Shown: positions 1 to 12,055 of the stretch, one piece after another | How the letters are laid out: each line of letters begins with the position of its first letter | Numbering within the stretch: the first letter of the stretch is position 1 | From: Nemertoderma westbladi | Lineage: Eukaryota; Animalia; Xenacoelomorpha | DNA length: 64,000 bases | Assembly (NCBI GenBank): GCA_032718475.1 | Contig: JAUCBJ010007635.1 | Location: 119,926 to 183,925 of the forward strand | Direction: 5' to 3' | Made by a program: the position numbers and the translations under genes | The notes under the pieces: generated by a model | What the model was told of the DNA's origin: nothing | Database searches by the model: none | Seen by the model: the letters and a program-made list of their open reading frames with translations, nothing else

Positions 1-3000
1 AACTCTATTCGAAACAAACTCGAAAGAGAAGACGTTGAAGAACCTGATAAACGTAACGGTTTCAACGATTATCTAGAATTCTTACGAGAGACCTATCTCA
101 ATGTTGCTAGTCAACAAAACCTCGAAACTCGATATCCCCAAGGTATACATCCAGATCCTATAATGGAACTCAAACGGCTCTATTTTACGATGATGTATCT
201 TACCGCCGATCGACCACTCCCTGTCGTTCCAGATACCTTCGAACAGATGGAGGAATATTGTAAAACTGGAGAGCGATCACCCGCGTTTCCCCTTCAAGAC
301 GTGCGTCTTTGGTATTACTGTGACGAATGCCCTAGACCTAACCAGCAAATCGAAAGGCATAAACATCCTCGGAGACGTTGCGCTAAACACAGTTTTACGC
401 GATATACTTATGGGAGTTTCGAGCGTAACCTTTTCGGCGTATCGCCTACGGTCGCACGCCTTAAGCGATCATTGAATAAACCCATGATCAGAGTTCCGGA
501 ATACTCGGTCAGACCTCCCCATTCACAAGTGATACCTCAAACTCTAGATCCTAATAGTATTACGGATCCTCCCGAACTGTACTCACTGTTCAAAGATCTA
601 GTGTTACCTGAACAGCTGATTGGTGGCACTCCGGTAGTGGGTTCGTTGGATATTCGCCAACCTTACCTCGCTGGACTAGGACGCGGTCATTTAATATCAC
701 CGTTTAACCCCTACAACCGTCCTGGTCTTCCTCCGATCCAACCTGTTACAGAAGTCGAAGAGAGCGTGATACGAAATGCATTGGACGCTATTCGGCAGAA
801 AATCGGGAAAGGAACTTACGATTGCTTGGAGAAACGTAAATTGCAACAACAAGTCCAAGCGGTGAAAGAACTAGCTTTACCCCAGTTCGATAGAGAAATA
901 CAAAATCTAGAGGAGGACATCGAATGTGGACGAACCTACTCTTTACAGGAATTCCTGGACGAGCGCTTGCAGCAACAAGCGGAGGAAAATCAGCTCGAGG
1001 AGAGACATATAGAGCTGACTGAGAGGGAGGAAGCAGCTTTAGCCCAACCAGAAGCTCAAATTCTCGTAACGGATCTCTATTCCAAAACGATTCTTCACCC
1101 CTCGATGGTTCCTCATTTTAAAGACAAGCTCTTTGCTACAGTACAGCCTCAACCGGTTAATACTGATCTCAGATCTCACGAGCTCGTTGCTGACGCTCCC
1201 ATGCTACAACGTCCACCCGTAGAGGCTGCCCGTGTCGATGGCGTACTTGTTGAGCCTCCGGACAATAGAGCGGATCTTGTCCGTCGCATGGTGCACGATG
1301 TTAACATACGCGCCAGACCTTTGCCGGACTCGTTTTATGGAATTAAGGATCATCCTTATTACGTCAATTTAAAGCAATATTACATGGTGAAACCAGAAGA
1401 TCCTACGCATAGTCTGAAGTTTCTACCATTGATCAATCCTCTCGACCTTGTTGAACTCGAACAACTACAAAAACACCTAGATCAACTAGTTAAAATAAAC
1501 TCATTTAGAAAACCGTATAATATTTCTAGAATAGAGAAAGAAATATCACCTCCGTATAATCTTGATGGCTTTATTAAAACTCGATTGGTGCACTGGAATC
1601 TTGACGTGTTATTCGAAGAAGAAAGAATAAAACGATATGGCGATGTGGAAACCTATACTACACAATGCTTAAAGTATGGAGATTTACCCAATGCTAACGA
1701 GTGCGCTACTTTGTGGCATCCAGTGGGAATGACTCTCGAAAACGCCACTAAAGAATGGAACGAGACTCTTAACGTTATCGAGATGTATGGCGTTGTTACT
1801 TACGACAACGAAGGTAGCGTTCCGGTGGGAGAATTAGGAACTACGCGAATGATACATATACGAGGACTCGCTGGTTCTACCCACGTATTCACTCGAGCGT
1901 GTTCTGACGTGATTGATTATTCTTTTGAAACTCTTACCGAGATACAAAAGAAACTTCGACATGGACAATTTGAACTCGCGCAGCGTTACGTCACCGACAC
2001 CGAACGCAAACCGGCCATGGGTATCGATGGATCAATGTTACCCCAACCTGTACTCGCAATGTTGTTTAACGAAAGAATTCTAAAAATTGGCTCAGCTGTT
2101 TATGGAGATCTCCAAAACGACTTCCGGAATATGGAGAACATTCCATACCCTTTCGTTGATACTCAGCTGATTGCTCCTTGGGCCGAAGGCCGAGGTTTCT
2201 TTCGCACTATGTATGCCAATACACCCAGCAGCATTACTAAAGTACAACGGACATCCATCGGACATCTTGCCTTTCAAGAATATGGTTGGAATTTCAAAGT
2301 TGGAAATCCTATAAATTACCAGCAAGTATATGGAGATCATTACTCTCGTTTATATTTTGATGGACCATTAACCGCGCCTGGTGCCGTATATAGCTTTATG
2401 AGTGTTCCACTTCGCCCTTCCTTAGCTATATACACGATCTTTGAGAACGCAGCACTTGCCGGTTGGCTAGCCGATGTGTGCAGTCGTACCATACGCGCTC
2501 ATCCCTTAATACTTGGAACTAAACTCGCCAAGTTAGACGAACACAATAAGTTTATACGTTTCGAATGTTTCCGGCGCTTTCTGACTCCGTTCCGTAACGT
2601 CGATAGTCAGTTCAAAGATCGCGCGCTGACCAAGCTCAGTCTTAGAGACTCAGCTGCGGAGAAACTGAGTAGCGCTGGATTTGCCGTGTTTCAAGACGTT
2701 TGTATACAGAACTCACATTCATCTGTTATACAAAGACCCCGAATACCTACAGGTTATTCTGTCGTGGAAATACAGACAGTGGGTCCACTTACGGAAGCTG
2801 ACGCACCCACTTCGTCTATGCAACTGGAGGATGAACCAGTATGCTTGGAATCAGAAGCGATTCAACCCACGGCTTCTCGTAGCAGTGACAATGATTATGT
2901 CATAGAGTGGTATCAAGGTCCACAGCGTCTCACAGCGTACGATTATCGACACGCCAACTACGTTTCCCGAAAACGTTGTCGATTATGCGCGTCGAGAGAC

Positions 3001-3906
3001 CACTTCACTCCTCTCGATTCGAGCGTACCTTGTTCCTATTTCCTCGAACAACCGATGATGGAAATATATTGCGCTTATTGCCGGCTTAATAACTCTCATA
3101 TATTTGCCGTCTGCCCACAATTTATGACTCAATGTCACTACTGCCAACTTAAAGGACACGAAAGTTACAATTGTCCCTTTAATCGCGATTTAGAGAGCGT
3201 AGGCGAGATGATCACCCTGAGATACATCCGAGCTTGGGAAGCGAACGCCGATTTACATTGCGAATCCCGACATCGCTATTACCCTGGACGAGCTTACGAG
3301 GGAGTTTACGCGTTCCATCCCTATCTATTCGCATCGATTGAACAGAAAACACGCGTACCAAGTTACGAGTTGATGAAGCGTGTTGGTGAGTGTATTTCCA
3401 CCAAGTTTGTCAGGAAATACCTTAGAAACGTTAATCCTAATGATATAACCACATATCACCTGATCAATTTTATCCGTCAGGACCCTGAGTACGGCGACAT
3501 TTTCGTGAACTCGCATCCTGAACTCCAGGAAGTATCTCGGCGCCCATATGAATATCGAACCCGAGAACGCGAGCTGGAGAGAACCATTAAACCGAGAAAG
3601 TTCCTCACCACTCACGGTCCACCCACCGCTAGTGTCCAGACGACCCGTCAAGGACCCGTAGGAGCTGCTGTCCTGAGACGCGCTCTAAAGGCCGTTAGAC
3701 CTCACTCCACTGAGGTTGATATTAATCAACCAGGTACTTCGACCGGCGGGTATACCGATCGTAACCCTGCACCTTCTGATGCAATTATATTGCACCCTTC
3801 ACCTAGGAGCTACAGCCCTCCTCGTAAAGTGGCTCGCCCCAAAGAGAAAATGACTCTTGCTAGCTTCAAGAAACTGCGTAAACGCCGTCCGCGCAAGAAA
3901 GACTAA
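1..3906 (+). CDS. Large intronless ORF, 5'-truncated by the window (>1300 aa): coiled-coil region, DEDDy/WRN-EXD-like 3'-5' exonuclease domain, three CCHC-type Zn knuckles and a basic C-terminal tail; probable retroelement accessory ORF
   Basis: The frame of ORF 163..3906 is open back to base 1. Exo I-like VVTYDNEG (D 1804-1806, E 1810-1812). Exo II-like LFNERILKIGSAVYGD (D 2107-2109). Also FVDTQ and SIGHLAFQEYG. Exo III-like PLRPSLAIYTIFE (Y 2431, E 2443). Knuckles CRLCASRDH..C, CAYCRLNNSHIFAVC and CHYCQLKGHESYNC at ~2977-3174. Ends KKLRKRRPRKKD. Confidence 0.7.
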   Translation, partial: NSIRNKLEREDVEEPDKRNGFNDYLEFLRETYLNVASQQNLETRYPQGIHPDPIMELKRLYFTMMYLTADRPLPVVPDTFEQMEEYCKTGERSPAFPLQDVRLWYYCDECPRPNQQIERHKHPRRRCAKHSFTRYTYGSFERNLFGVSPTVARLKRSLNKPMIRVPEYSVRPPHSQVIPQTLDPNSITDPPELYSLFKDLVLPEQLIGGTPVVGSLDIRQPYLAGLGRGHLISPFNPYNRPGLPPIQPVTEVEESVIRNALDAIRQKIGKGTYDCLEKRKLQQQVQAVKELALPQFDREIQNLEEDIECGRTYSLQEFLDERLQQQAEENQLEERHIELTEREEAALAQPEAQILVTDLYSKTILHPSMVPHFKDKLFATVQPQPVNTDLRSHELVADAPMLQRPPVEAARVDGVLVEPPDNRADLVRRMVHDVNIRARPLPDSFYGIKDHPYYVNLKQYYMVKPEDPTHSLKFLPLINPLDLVELEQLQKHLDQLVKINSFRKPYNISRIEKEISPPYNLDGFIKTRLVHWNLDVLFEEERIKRYGDVETYTTQCLKYGDLPNANECATLWHPVGMTLENATKEWNETLNVIEMYGVVTYDNEGSVPVGELGTTRMIHIRGLAGSTHVFTRACSDVIDYSFETLTEIQKKLRHGQFELAQRYVTDTERKPAMGIDGSMLPQPVLAMLFNERILKIGSAVYGDLQNDFRNMENIPYPFVDTQLIAPWAEGRGFFRTMYANTPSSITKVQRTSIGHLAFQEYGWNFKVGNPINYQQVYGDHYSRLYFDGPLTAPGAVYSFMSVPLRPSLAIYTIFENAALAGWLADVCSRTIRAHPLILGTKLAKLDEHNKFIRFECFRRFLTPFRNVDSQFKDRALTKLSLRDSAAEKLSSAGFAVFQDVCIQNSHSSVIQRPRIPTGYSVVEIQTVGPLTEADAPTSSMQLEDEPVCLESEAIQPTASRSSDNDYVIEWYQGPQRLTAYDYRHANYVSRKRCRLCASRDHFTPLDSSVPCSYFLEQPMMEIYCAYCRLNNSHIFAVCPQFMTQCHYCQLKGHESYNCPFNRDLESVGEMITLRYIRAWEANADLHCESRHRYYPGRAYEGVYAFHPYLFASIEQKTRVPSYELMKRVGECISTKFVRKYLRNVNPNDITTYHLINFIRQDPEYGDIFVNSHPELQEVSRRPYEYRTRERELERTIKPRKFLTTHGPPTASVQTTRQGPVGAAVLRRALKAVRPHSTEVDINQPGTSTGGYTDRNPAPSDAIILHPSPRSYSPPRKVARPKEKMTLASFKKLRKRRPRKKD

Positions 3907-3984
3907 CTGTTTAGAGTATCTTTAGGTTTTAGAAACTGTGATTTTTATATTTTATAGACTGAAAATCCCATTTTCTGGGAGCGG

Positions 3985-4466
3985 TGTAAAAGCCTTTGCT
4001 GAATTGCCCCGTTATTTTTATTATCTTTTACATTAAAATACTCTGTAGTTGATTTAATAAGTGTAAGAGACCGTATTATTGCTGTATCAGTGTTTTTAGA
4101 GGATCTAAGACTTATTTCCTCCGTATGTGTACTGTGAAAGGTATATTTTATGATTCTATGGCAATTCGTGACGCAAAGGGGTGATAGCTACTCTTGAACA
4201 GTAGTTACTATGACTACGGTTAACAGCTGACATTCATACGTGTTGATTTCCTTTGTTCTACGGCGTCTCTCAGTTCAGTCAGCCAATGAGAGCGTTTTTG
4301 TGGCTCCTTGTAGAGAAAATTTCCGAGAAATGACGCAATGCCTATGTGCAGTGTTTACATTCAGTCCTGAGCCTAAGAGAGAACGGCTTGGAAGTATTTT
4401 TGTGCTATACTGTTTTTTAGTCGTACACTAGTAGGTTTAATTATAAAGGGCATATATCCTTTAACA
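3985..4466 (+). mobile_element. Putative 3' LTR (~482 bp) preceded by a short purine tract
   Basis: GGGAGCGG (3977-3984) directly precedes TGTAAAAG. The segment ends CTTTAACA, a 7/8 inverted match, giving TG...CA termini. It starts 78 bp after the large ORF's stop. No partner LTR in the window. Confidence 0.5.
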
Positions 4467-5149
4467 TGCCTATGTATCATACATCCTGACTGCTGAAACA
4501 TTGCAAACTCGTAACAATCAGTGTTCAGTTGTTGTTTTATACTGCTATTTACTGTCAGTTCTTCATAATATGGTTGATGAATTATTATATTTGGAATAAC
4601 GATAAATAACCCCGCAACCCAATATTCTTGATATACCGAAGGTAAGAGAGAAAGGTTACCAATAACGATTGTGACTTATGTTAAAGTGGTTTGAAGTGAA
4701 TCTAATGTTATTTGATAGACCCTACATGAGTCAGCCTGTGTTCCTTTTATATGTGACTAAAATCAGTGAAGATTGGCAGATTAGTGTGCAGTATTGTGCA
4801 GCATTGTGTATGAGCGAGTCTGTTAAAGAAGCAATTCCTAAAGAATGCGCCATATATGTGAATTATAATTGAGCCATATCGTTGTGAGTAGTTTAAGTCA
4901 TAACTCTGTTTATATAGATAAAGCGCCACGTCCTAAAGGAACTGTTAATATTACCGAAGGTGAATAATATTGTCAGAGATTATATAATACTGTCAGTCGA
5001 ATAATACATTAGGCTTACATAGCAATAAAAATTAAACCGTCGAACCCAATCTCCCGGGAATATCCAGCGGGTGAATGGTCGCGCACGGATTGGTTTCGAC
5101 TAGTGTAGTGAATCAAGTACTTGTCATAGACTAAAAAACAGATTTAATA

Positions 5150-5450
5150 TCTAGAAGACATCTTAATTTGGTGGGTTAAACTGCCAAAGGTCTGAAAGCG
5201 CGAACATAAGGCGTTTTTTCGTTTATCTCTATTTTTCGAGCCCAGAGGCTATGGACGGAGTAGCCGATCATGCCAGGGACCTTAGAATCGTGGTATCTAG
5301 TCGCTGTGAAAATTTCATCAAATTCGTTAGAGTAGTTTTGGCTGTAGATCAGTCAGTCAGTCAGTCAGCCAGCCAGTCAGCCAGTCAGTCAACAATTCTT
5401 ACAGTAATCAAGTCTAACGACTTGCTAATAAGCGCGAGAAGAATAAGAAG
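5150..5450. mobile_element. Short non-autonomous repeat with internal (CAGT)n microsatellite, resembling Helitron/Helentron-derived HINE/DINE-like elements
   Basis: GTGAAAATTTCATCAAATTCG followed by a CAGT/CAGC run (5350-5390). A similar (ACAG)n-containing segment lies at 5865-6060. Confidence 0.35.
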
Positions 5451-5498
5451 GCAAATCTCCTAACTTTCCTAACAAACGCAATTATTTGGCTGACTCAA

Positions 5499-5771
5499 AT
5501 GAAATGTGATAACCCCCATAAGTGGCAACGTGGCTTCTACGAAAGTGACAGTTGTGATTCTGTAGTTCCAGGCCCAGGGGCCTTTGTCCACCACTCCCTC
5601 ACACTAATTCCACCAACACCGAAGGTTCGCAAACCAAGAAACCGTTGCCGATTGTGTTACTCTGATGGGTGCAAAGAAAAACTGTCACGATATTATTGCC
5701 CGCAATGCCCCTCTAAACCATCTCTATGTCTGGATTATGCGACTCCGTGTCACAAGAACATAAAACAATAG
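5499..5771 (+). pseudogene. piggyBac transposase C-terminal Cys-rich domain remnant
   Basis: HHSL...RKPRNRCRLCYSDGCKEKLSRYYCPQCPSKPSLCL...PCH matches the piggyBac CRD pattern; no catalytic region upstream. Confidence 0.75.
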
Positions 5772-6071
5772 GTATCTGTTCACTATAATACCAATGTAAT
5801 ATCAATCAATCAATCATTTAATATATTTTTAACTATATTAGTCATTTTTTTATTCGATAATTTTAACAGACAGACTGACGACAGATAGACAGACTGTAAA
5901 CCGACAGGGTATATTCAACCAAACATGAGAATTGACTTCAGAAATGCAATCAGCGTCCAGAAAAAAAACCCCCATGGCGAACGTTTTAGCTGCATGGTAG
6001 AATTTTTTTAATTTTGACAGACAAATTGACCGACAGACAGACAAAACAGTAAACCGACAGAATATATTTAA

Positions 6072-6770
6072 CCCTCTATTGCATGACTTTTCATTTTTTG
6101 GGGTAAAAATTAATTTTATAATTTTTCACACTTAAAACAGTCCCATAAGTACTAAATAATCGAAAAAATTTAAAAAAAATATTTTTGTGGCATAATTCAC
6201 AATTGTATCACATTTGATACCGCATGGTTCCTAGTGATGTATCATATATGATACAATTAGAAAATAATATGTATTTCATCACAAATAGTGAAACTAAAAC
6301 TGTATTCATATTAATTTTCAAAACAATTATACAATGACAACAACGGATATTGATTATTATTATTGACAGTGAAATTGCTTGAAGCAGTTCCGTGTTAAAT
6401 TGAGACACAGGTGCACATTACATTTCTCGCATTTAAAACAAGTGAATCGCTTACATCCCGGAAATTTACATCGTCCTCTTTTCAATTTATCTATACAAAC
6501 AGCCCAATGAGCCATATTATCTTGTCGAATGGCTTTAATTGGTAGTATCTGGCGAGGATCGGGCCTATTCTTCTTCAATGCAGCTTCAATTGTAATAGAA
6601 GGTCTACCTGCTTTCTTAGTAGCAGCTGGAACCTTTCCAGCTTTACATAAGGCTAATGCAACTTCATGTTTAAAATCAAGAAGACAGAGCTCATACTTAG
6701 TGCCAAGTTGTTTATTAATGCGCCGGTAAAGAAGCCAGGAATTCACAATAACAAGATCCAAAATGCAAAA
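6072..6770 (-). mobile_element. piggyBac (PGBD2/3-like) 3' remnant with terminus
   Basis: ORF 6360-6761: DLVIVNSWLLY...LLDFKHEVALAL...IRQDNMAHW...GRCKFPGC...CEKCNVHLCL...NCFKQFH. Terminus TTAA|CCCT with TTAA at 6068-6071. Confidence 0.85.
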
Positions 6771-6925
6771 GCTATAAGTTCTCTAGACTATAGACAGTTT
6801 CAAAAATCTACTGGACAATTTATATAACTGTGTCAATAACTAATTATCGTAAAGGTTTTGTGCAATATTATATTTGATATTATTTGTACCGCATATGTAA
6901 ATTGTCAATAAACATATCTATCTCT
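6770..6925 (+). mobile_element. 3' end of a CR1/L2-group LINE (5'-truncated)
   Basis: Translates TIDSFKNLLDNLY, an RT C-terminal tail motif. It is followed by a short UTR ending TGTAAATTGTCAATAAAC and a tatc repeat. Confidence 0.5.
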
Positions 6926-6935
6926 GTAGAATATA

Positions 6936-7101
6936 TTTATTTATACATTTATGTAAAAACAATAACAAATACACCAAACATAATGTACTGTATAATATAG
7001 GTAATGCCCAACACAACATATAGGATTACCCATGCCCATAAAGCTTTGCAGCTTATTTCCATGGGGATCCTTAATGTTACTTGCACTTGGTTACAAATAC
7101 A
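6936..7101 (-). mobile_element. LINE 3' UTR fragment, same family as 8499-9077
   Basis: Direct near-copy of 8499-8650, including AAAGCTTTGCAGCTTATTTCCA and an AATAAA-rich tail on the minus strand. Confidence 0.6.
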
Positions 7102-7719
7102 GTACAATATGAAAAATATGAAAATGGGCAATTGGGCTTTAACTTTTACTGTCTTTTTTCATATCATTAACACTATTAGTAATGGTGGGGTCTATAAAAC
7201 ATTAAATGCCCTAAGGAAGGTTGGGGGGGGGGGGGGGGGGGGGTTGGTGGGCGCAATTCATCCTCATTAATTACAATTTTTCTAATTCTTCATAATATTT
7301 TAATAAAAATACATCCCTTAAAATCAAATCATTACAACTTATGATACATTAATAAATTGTTGATTAACACAGAACCACCATTCCTCTAACCCAAATATAT
7401 TGTAGTATAATACAGTATAATTGTAAGGCTTTATACCTACAATATACTGCTCCATACAAATAGCCTAAGAGAGCGGCATTACCGGTAGCAATTTCCGCGG
7501 ACATAAAAAGATAAAATCAGCGGACATAATGAGTAAATTCAATGGACAAAAAAAATTATTGTGGATCTAAAGCACTGTATCCTAGTGGACCAGTAAATCC
7601 TTTGACAATCAGTGAATAACTACTCCCACAGCCCACCACTCCCCCACCCCCATCTCTCTCTCACAAACTCAGCTGTCCTACCAAACTAATGTGTTCTATA
7701 CTATCTCCCTATAGAACCT

Positions 7720-8329
7720 GTGGGGCGAGACACGTAGTCGGCGAGCCTTGGCATACGGTTCATATAGGGCAAATGGGGCATGTCCGTCTGCCTGTCTGTC
7801 TGTCTGTCTGTCTGGTAAATGTTTGAACGCGAATATCTCAGCATCGCTGGTTCGGAATTGAACCAAACTTAGTAGGTAAGTAGTAGAGAGAAAGTTTAGA
7901 AAGTTTGTAAAGTTTGGTGAAAAATCATGCAGTCTGACGTCAGCTACGACAGATTATGTGGTTTTTAGAAAATGTTAAATTTCTCGGGAAGGCCTCATTT
8001 TCCTGAGCTGAAATTTTGGTGGCCTGTAGAGAATCATGAAGTCTATCTTTTACGAAATTGAAAAGTTAAGACATTTAATTGGGGATCCGCTAGAGACTCA
8101 GAAGTAATGACATAGGCCTACCGGTACGGTACTGCTGTACAGTGCTGCACTGGTAAGTACGAAATTGCAGAATAACAATTTGACACCACCTAGCGGATTA
8201 ACATATGATTGTATATCGAATGAATACATTTATAGCATGGGATATGGGGTCCAAACTAGACATGCCCCATTTGCTCTATATGAACCGTATGCCAAGGCTT
8301 GCCGACTACGTGCTGCGCGAAGTCCCCAC
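7720..8329. mobile_element. ~610 bp non-autonomous element with 54-bp subterminal inverted repeats and a (GTCT)n microsatellite (MITE/HINE-like)
   Basis: 7731-7784 is the reverse complement of 8259-8312 with 2 mismatches. Outer GTGGGG/CCCCAC match. A GTCT run follows the left arm. Confidence 0.75.
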
Positions 8330-8498
8330 GAACGTGTTGTATTACATCTAACCAACTTTATGAAGGGCCTATGAATTTCGATGGTTACACTAAATAATTC
8401 CACTCTGCTACTAATGACTCACCAGCAGATATCTTTTCCAGCGGCCTTCATTGATTGGCTAAACTCTTGGCTATCATTTGGTTACATGTTATGATAGA

Positions 8499-9077
8499 TT
8501 TTTATTTATACATTATGTAAAAACAATAACAAATACACCAAACAATGTACCGGTATAAAGATTGTCCAACATAACATATAGGATTACCCCTAAAGCTTTG
8601 CAGCTTATTTCCAAGGGGGTCCTTTATGTTACTTGGTTACAAATACAATATTACACTACGCTAACCTAAAACCAATATAAAAGGGAATTACACTATGTAC
8701 ATGTACAACTTTACCGAGAGCGTGACAATGCCCGACTCAACGATAAAGATGTAATGTACATAACAATATATTATAAAACGTAATTACAGTATAAATAGTA
8801 AATAATTAATAAACTAATAACTTACTGTAGGACTATTGTACCTATTTTTACATTGCATACGGAGGTGAGATTTAACTGCACATTTGAAAGAATGTTGATT
8901 ATTTAGGTTTTTAATTTCATTAGGCAGAGCGTTCCAATTTTTTATGCCGTTAAAAAAGAAAGTATCAGATTCAAAGGATTTACAATTCGGGAGGTAGAAG
9001 TTTGAAGCACTAGCTCTGGTACTGTAAGAGTGTGTATCGCGTACTCTGTTGAATTTTTGTTTTAGTTTTGCCTGCAC
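8499..9077 (-). mobile_element. 5'-truncated L2/Crack/Daphne-type LINE: RT C-terminal tail plus 3' UTR
   Basis: HSYSTRASASNFYLP...TFFFNGIKNWNALPNEIKNLNNQHSFKCAVKSHL (8814-9077); the UTR is shared with 6936-7101. Confidence 0.75.
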
Positions 9078-10779
9078 TGCCTATAAGCAAACCAACAACA
9101 ATATTCTGTACATTATTACTGTTCTGGGTTTGGGTATTGCGTTATTTTATATATATAGCTAATGGTCTGAATGTAGATCAATCGCACGATCGGACCACTT
9201 TTCTTCATATTTGTTTTTAAGCCTAAGGCAGGTACAAATGTAGCATACTGTAACCCGTATTTATATTAATTAATTGCTTTGATTTTAGGTGTAAGCATAA
9301 GTACTTTGTAAACATAGGCCTGTCTACCTGTCGCTTTCTATGCTATATCAGTTCAGTACATAGTAGGCCATTACTTAGGCTGTTAGGCCACCAGTTATGT
9401 GGTTTGGAAGCAATGGAATTGTGCACTGGAAAGCACCCAACCACCCAGACCACCCACCGTGGTCTTGTGGTACTTTAAATTAATCTAATTAATCTAATCT
9501 AATTATTAATTAATCATAATAATTAATTTATCTAATCTAAAGCCCAGTTTCCATGATTTAACATAGCTCTACAGTACTATAGCTATAGTACTATATACTA
9601 ATACTTATATATATACTATAGCTAAATTGCAAGTAATGCTAGCTGTAGTAATACTACAGCTGCAATAGTACTATACTAATTAATACTACAATAGTAATAC
9701 TAACAGTTGGCCGTGTCTCACAGCTACCTCCTACTGTATTTCAGATACTCTCATCCCAGTTTCACAACACTACTGCCGCTAAATGTGGATTGCCACAGTA
9801 CTGGTTCTGCTACTGCAGTACCTACAAAATCTATATATATAATTATATCAATCAAGAGATTAAATAATATTTTTATAATCTGAGGCGAATCGGAGCAGCA
9901 CTTAGGCTGCTTAGCGATAGTCCAGGCATTATTAAAAAAGAATGGAAAGATAAACCAATACGAAAAAAAAGGCAATTAAAAACTGGTTTTGAAGAAAAAG
10001 ATAGGGTAGTAAAAAACAGCAAGAAAAAGGCAAGTAAATCATGGTGATTAAAAAGAAAAGTCAAAACTTTTATAGGTAATAAAGAAAAAATGAATAGTAA
10101 AAATCAGGTAAAAAAAGGCATTTAAAAACTGGTGATAAAATAAGAATGTAAAAACTAATAACAACGAAATGGGAAGAAAACCAGTAAGAAAAAACGGCAA
10201 GTAAAGTAAAGTAAAAACTGATAGATTGCACAACCACATGATACCCCCTTGGTTTGGCCGCTGGTTCCTATTGATACTTCGACCTTTCTATCTAAATCAT
10301 GTACCGGTACTTCTTCACACATTCATTTAAGTCTCTTTGGGTTGTGAACTCATAACTCAGTTCTACCCAGTAGTTACTGGTATGATTCACAACTCGTATC
10401 TTGTAGTTTAATTAATTTAATTTAATTAGTTAGTTTAATTTTAATAGCGCTCATAGTACTTTCACACCTCACATACTGTACTGATGTTACTCTTATTCCA
10501 CTGTGCCACTGTTTTAGTAGCATTCTTATACGTAGGCCTTATACGTAGGCCTTTCATAGGTCAGTTTGACCTGAATTAATTAGTCTGTTGAATGTGTCAG
10601 TTTGTGTTTAACCACTGTTTTTAGATCCCCCATCACCTCTGTCAGTAACGTCTTGGCTGTCAGGTTCCTATCTACTAGTGTAAATAAAATTCGGTGTGTC
10701 AGTGAGGAATGACAAAGTATCCAAACTAAAGTCTCTAACATAGTGTTGTCAGTATTAAGTTCAGTAAAAGGCGTCATTT

Positions 10780-11010
10780 GGATGAGCCAATGGCAAACTG
10801 TAATTGTGGTATTGGTACCACCCCTGTCCCGTGTCGTGCAATTTTGCCATTGGATCAGAGACTCGTCACATGGTACAGTCGTCGCCCCCCACATGCAGTC
10901 CTATACGTCCTCTGTATAATACCGTGGTGTCCGTGGCAATGTCATTTGCTCCACAAATTCCAGACCTAGAAAGGCGTGGTTGGAAATGGATCGAGCAATA
11001 TTGGATCTGA
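10780..11010 (-). pseudogene. Heavily decayed SGNH/GDSL hydrolase fragment (copy 3)
   Basis: FQPRL..GICGANDI (block III-like GxND). Downstream NG..LHDTGQ aligns to DGTHLSDVGQ of copy 1 through frameshifts. Confidence 0.4.
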
Positions 11011-11029
11011 TGTCTAGAACAAGAGTCTC

Positions 11030-11570
11030 CGAGTGTTTAACAGCTGTGAAGAGTCCGTGGTGTAGTGTGGCTTATAACTTGCCTTGGCTAATGGCGGATA
11101 GATGTATACCACGTTTCCGCCCTCAACTTGCTGACTTAATGTGCCACCAATCCCAATAGCGGATCTATAGTATGATCTGTTTAACCACGCCATCATCCTC
11201 CCATTGACAGCCTTCCACCTGACATTGTAATCAATGTCGACAGGTCTGCCCCATCTCTGTATCGCTCTGGGGAACATTTGAGCCAACAATACCAAGGAGG
11301 ATCCATTGTCAGAATAAGCTTGCACCATAGTTTGTAATTTGGAGACAACAAAATCTGTATCGTTACTACAGAGATCATTGGTTCCAAATAATATAACAGT
11401 GATGCAGGGTTTATTCTGCCATTGTTGGATAATCTCATGGGTATTGTGGTCCACAAATGTTACCCCAGCGCACGGCTGGAACATAACATTCGCGAAGTTG
11501 CATTGTGTTTGACTGTTTACAAAGCTCGATAGATGAACAGCATGGGAAGACCAAAATATATTAATCTCGT
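11030..11570 (-). pseudogene. SGNH/GDSL hydrolase pseudogene (copy 2)
   Basis: INIFWSSH (decayed block I), KPCITVILFGTNDL (block III), LAQMFPR, YNVRWKAVN. After a frameshift: RGIHLSAISQGKL* (block V). Confidence 0.7.
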
Positions 11571-12055
11571 GTATGTAATGACATAATCGTAAGTCGTAAT
11601 GACAAACGCAAGATGGATTGACAAGGGGGGAACGATAAGTGTGGGTCATTTTGTAGAATATTATATATATTATTAGTAATAATAACTGGAATTATATAGA
11701 ATTATATAGTCGATTAAGTGTCAAAGTATATGATACTGCATTCCGTTTATATAGAAATGTTATACCATACTGTTGGTATAGCAGCTGATAATTCACTGTA
11801 TGTTGTTACATAATAAATGTGATAATTAGTTTTTGATATTGTTTGGTAATGTATTTCTTTGCTTGAAGGCTGTTAATAGCACACCTCCCAATCTAATAAT
11901 AATACCATATATGGTAATGATTCGGAGCTTAACGAGGCCGAGTCATTGGTTTTTAGATTGCAATATTACAACTGTAGGTACTGGTACTACTGTATTCCCT
12001 AAATTTCTGGTGGGCTGTGATTGGCTTACTACATCTAGCTTAGTGAGGAATATAT

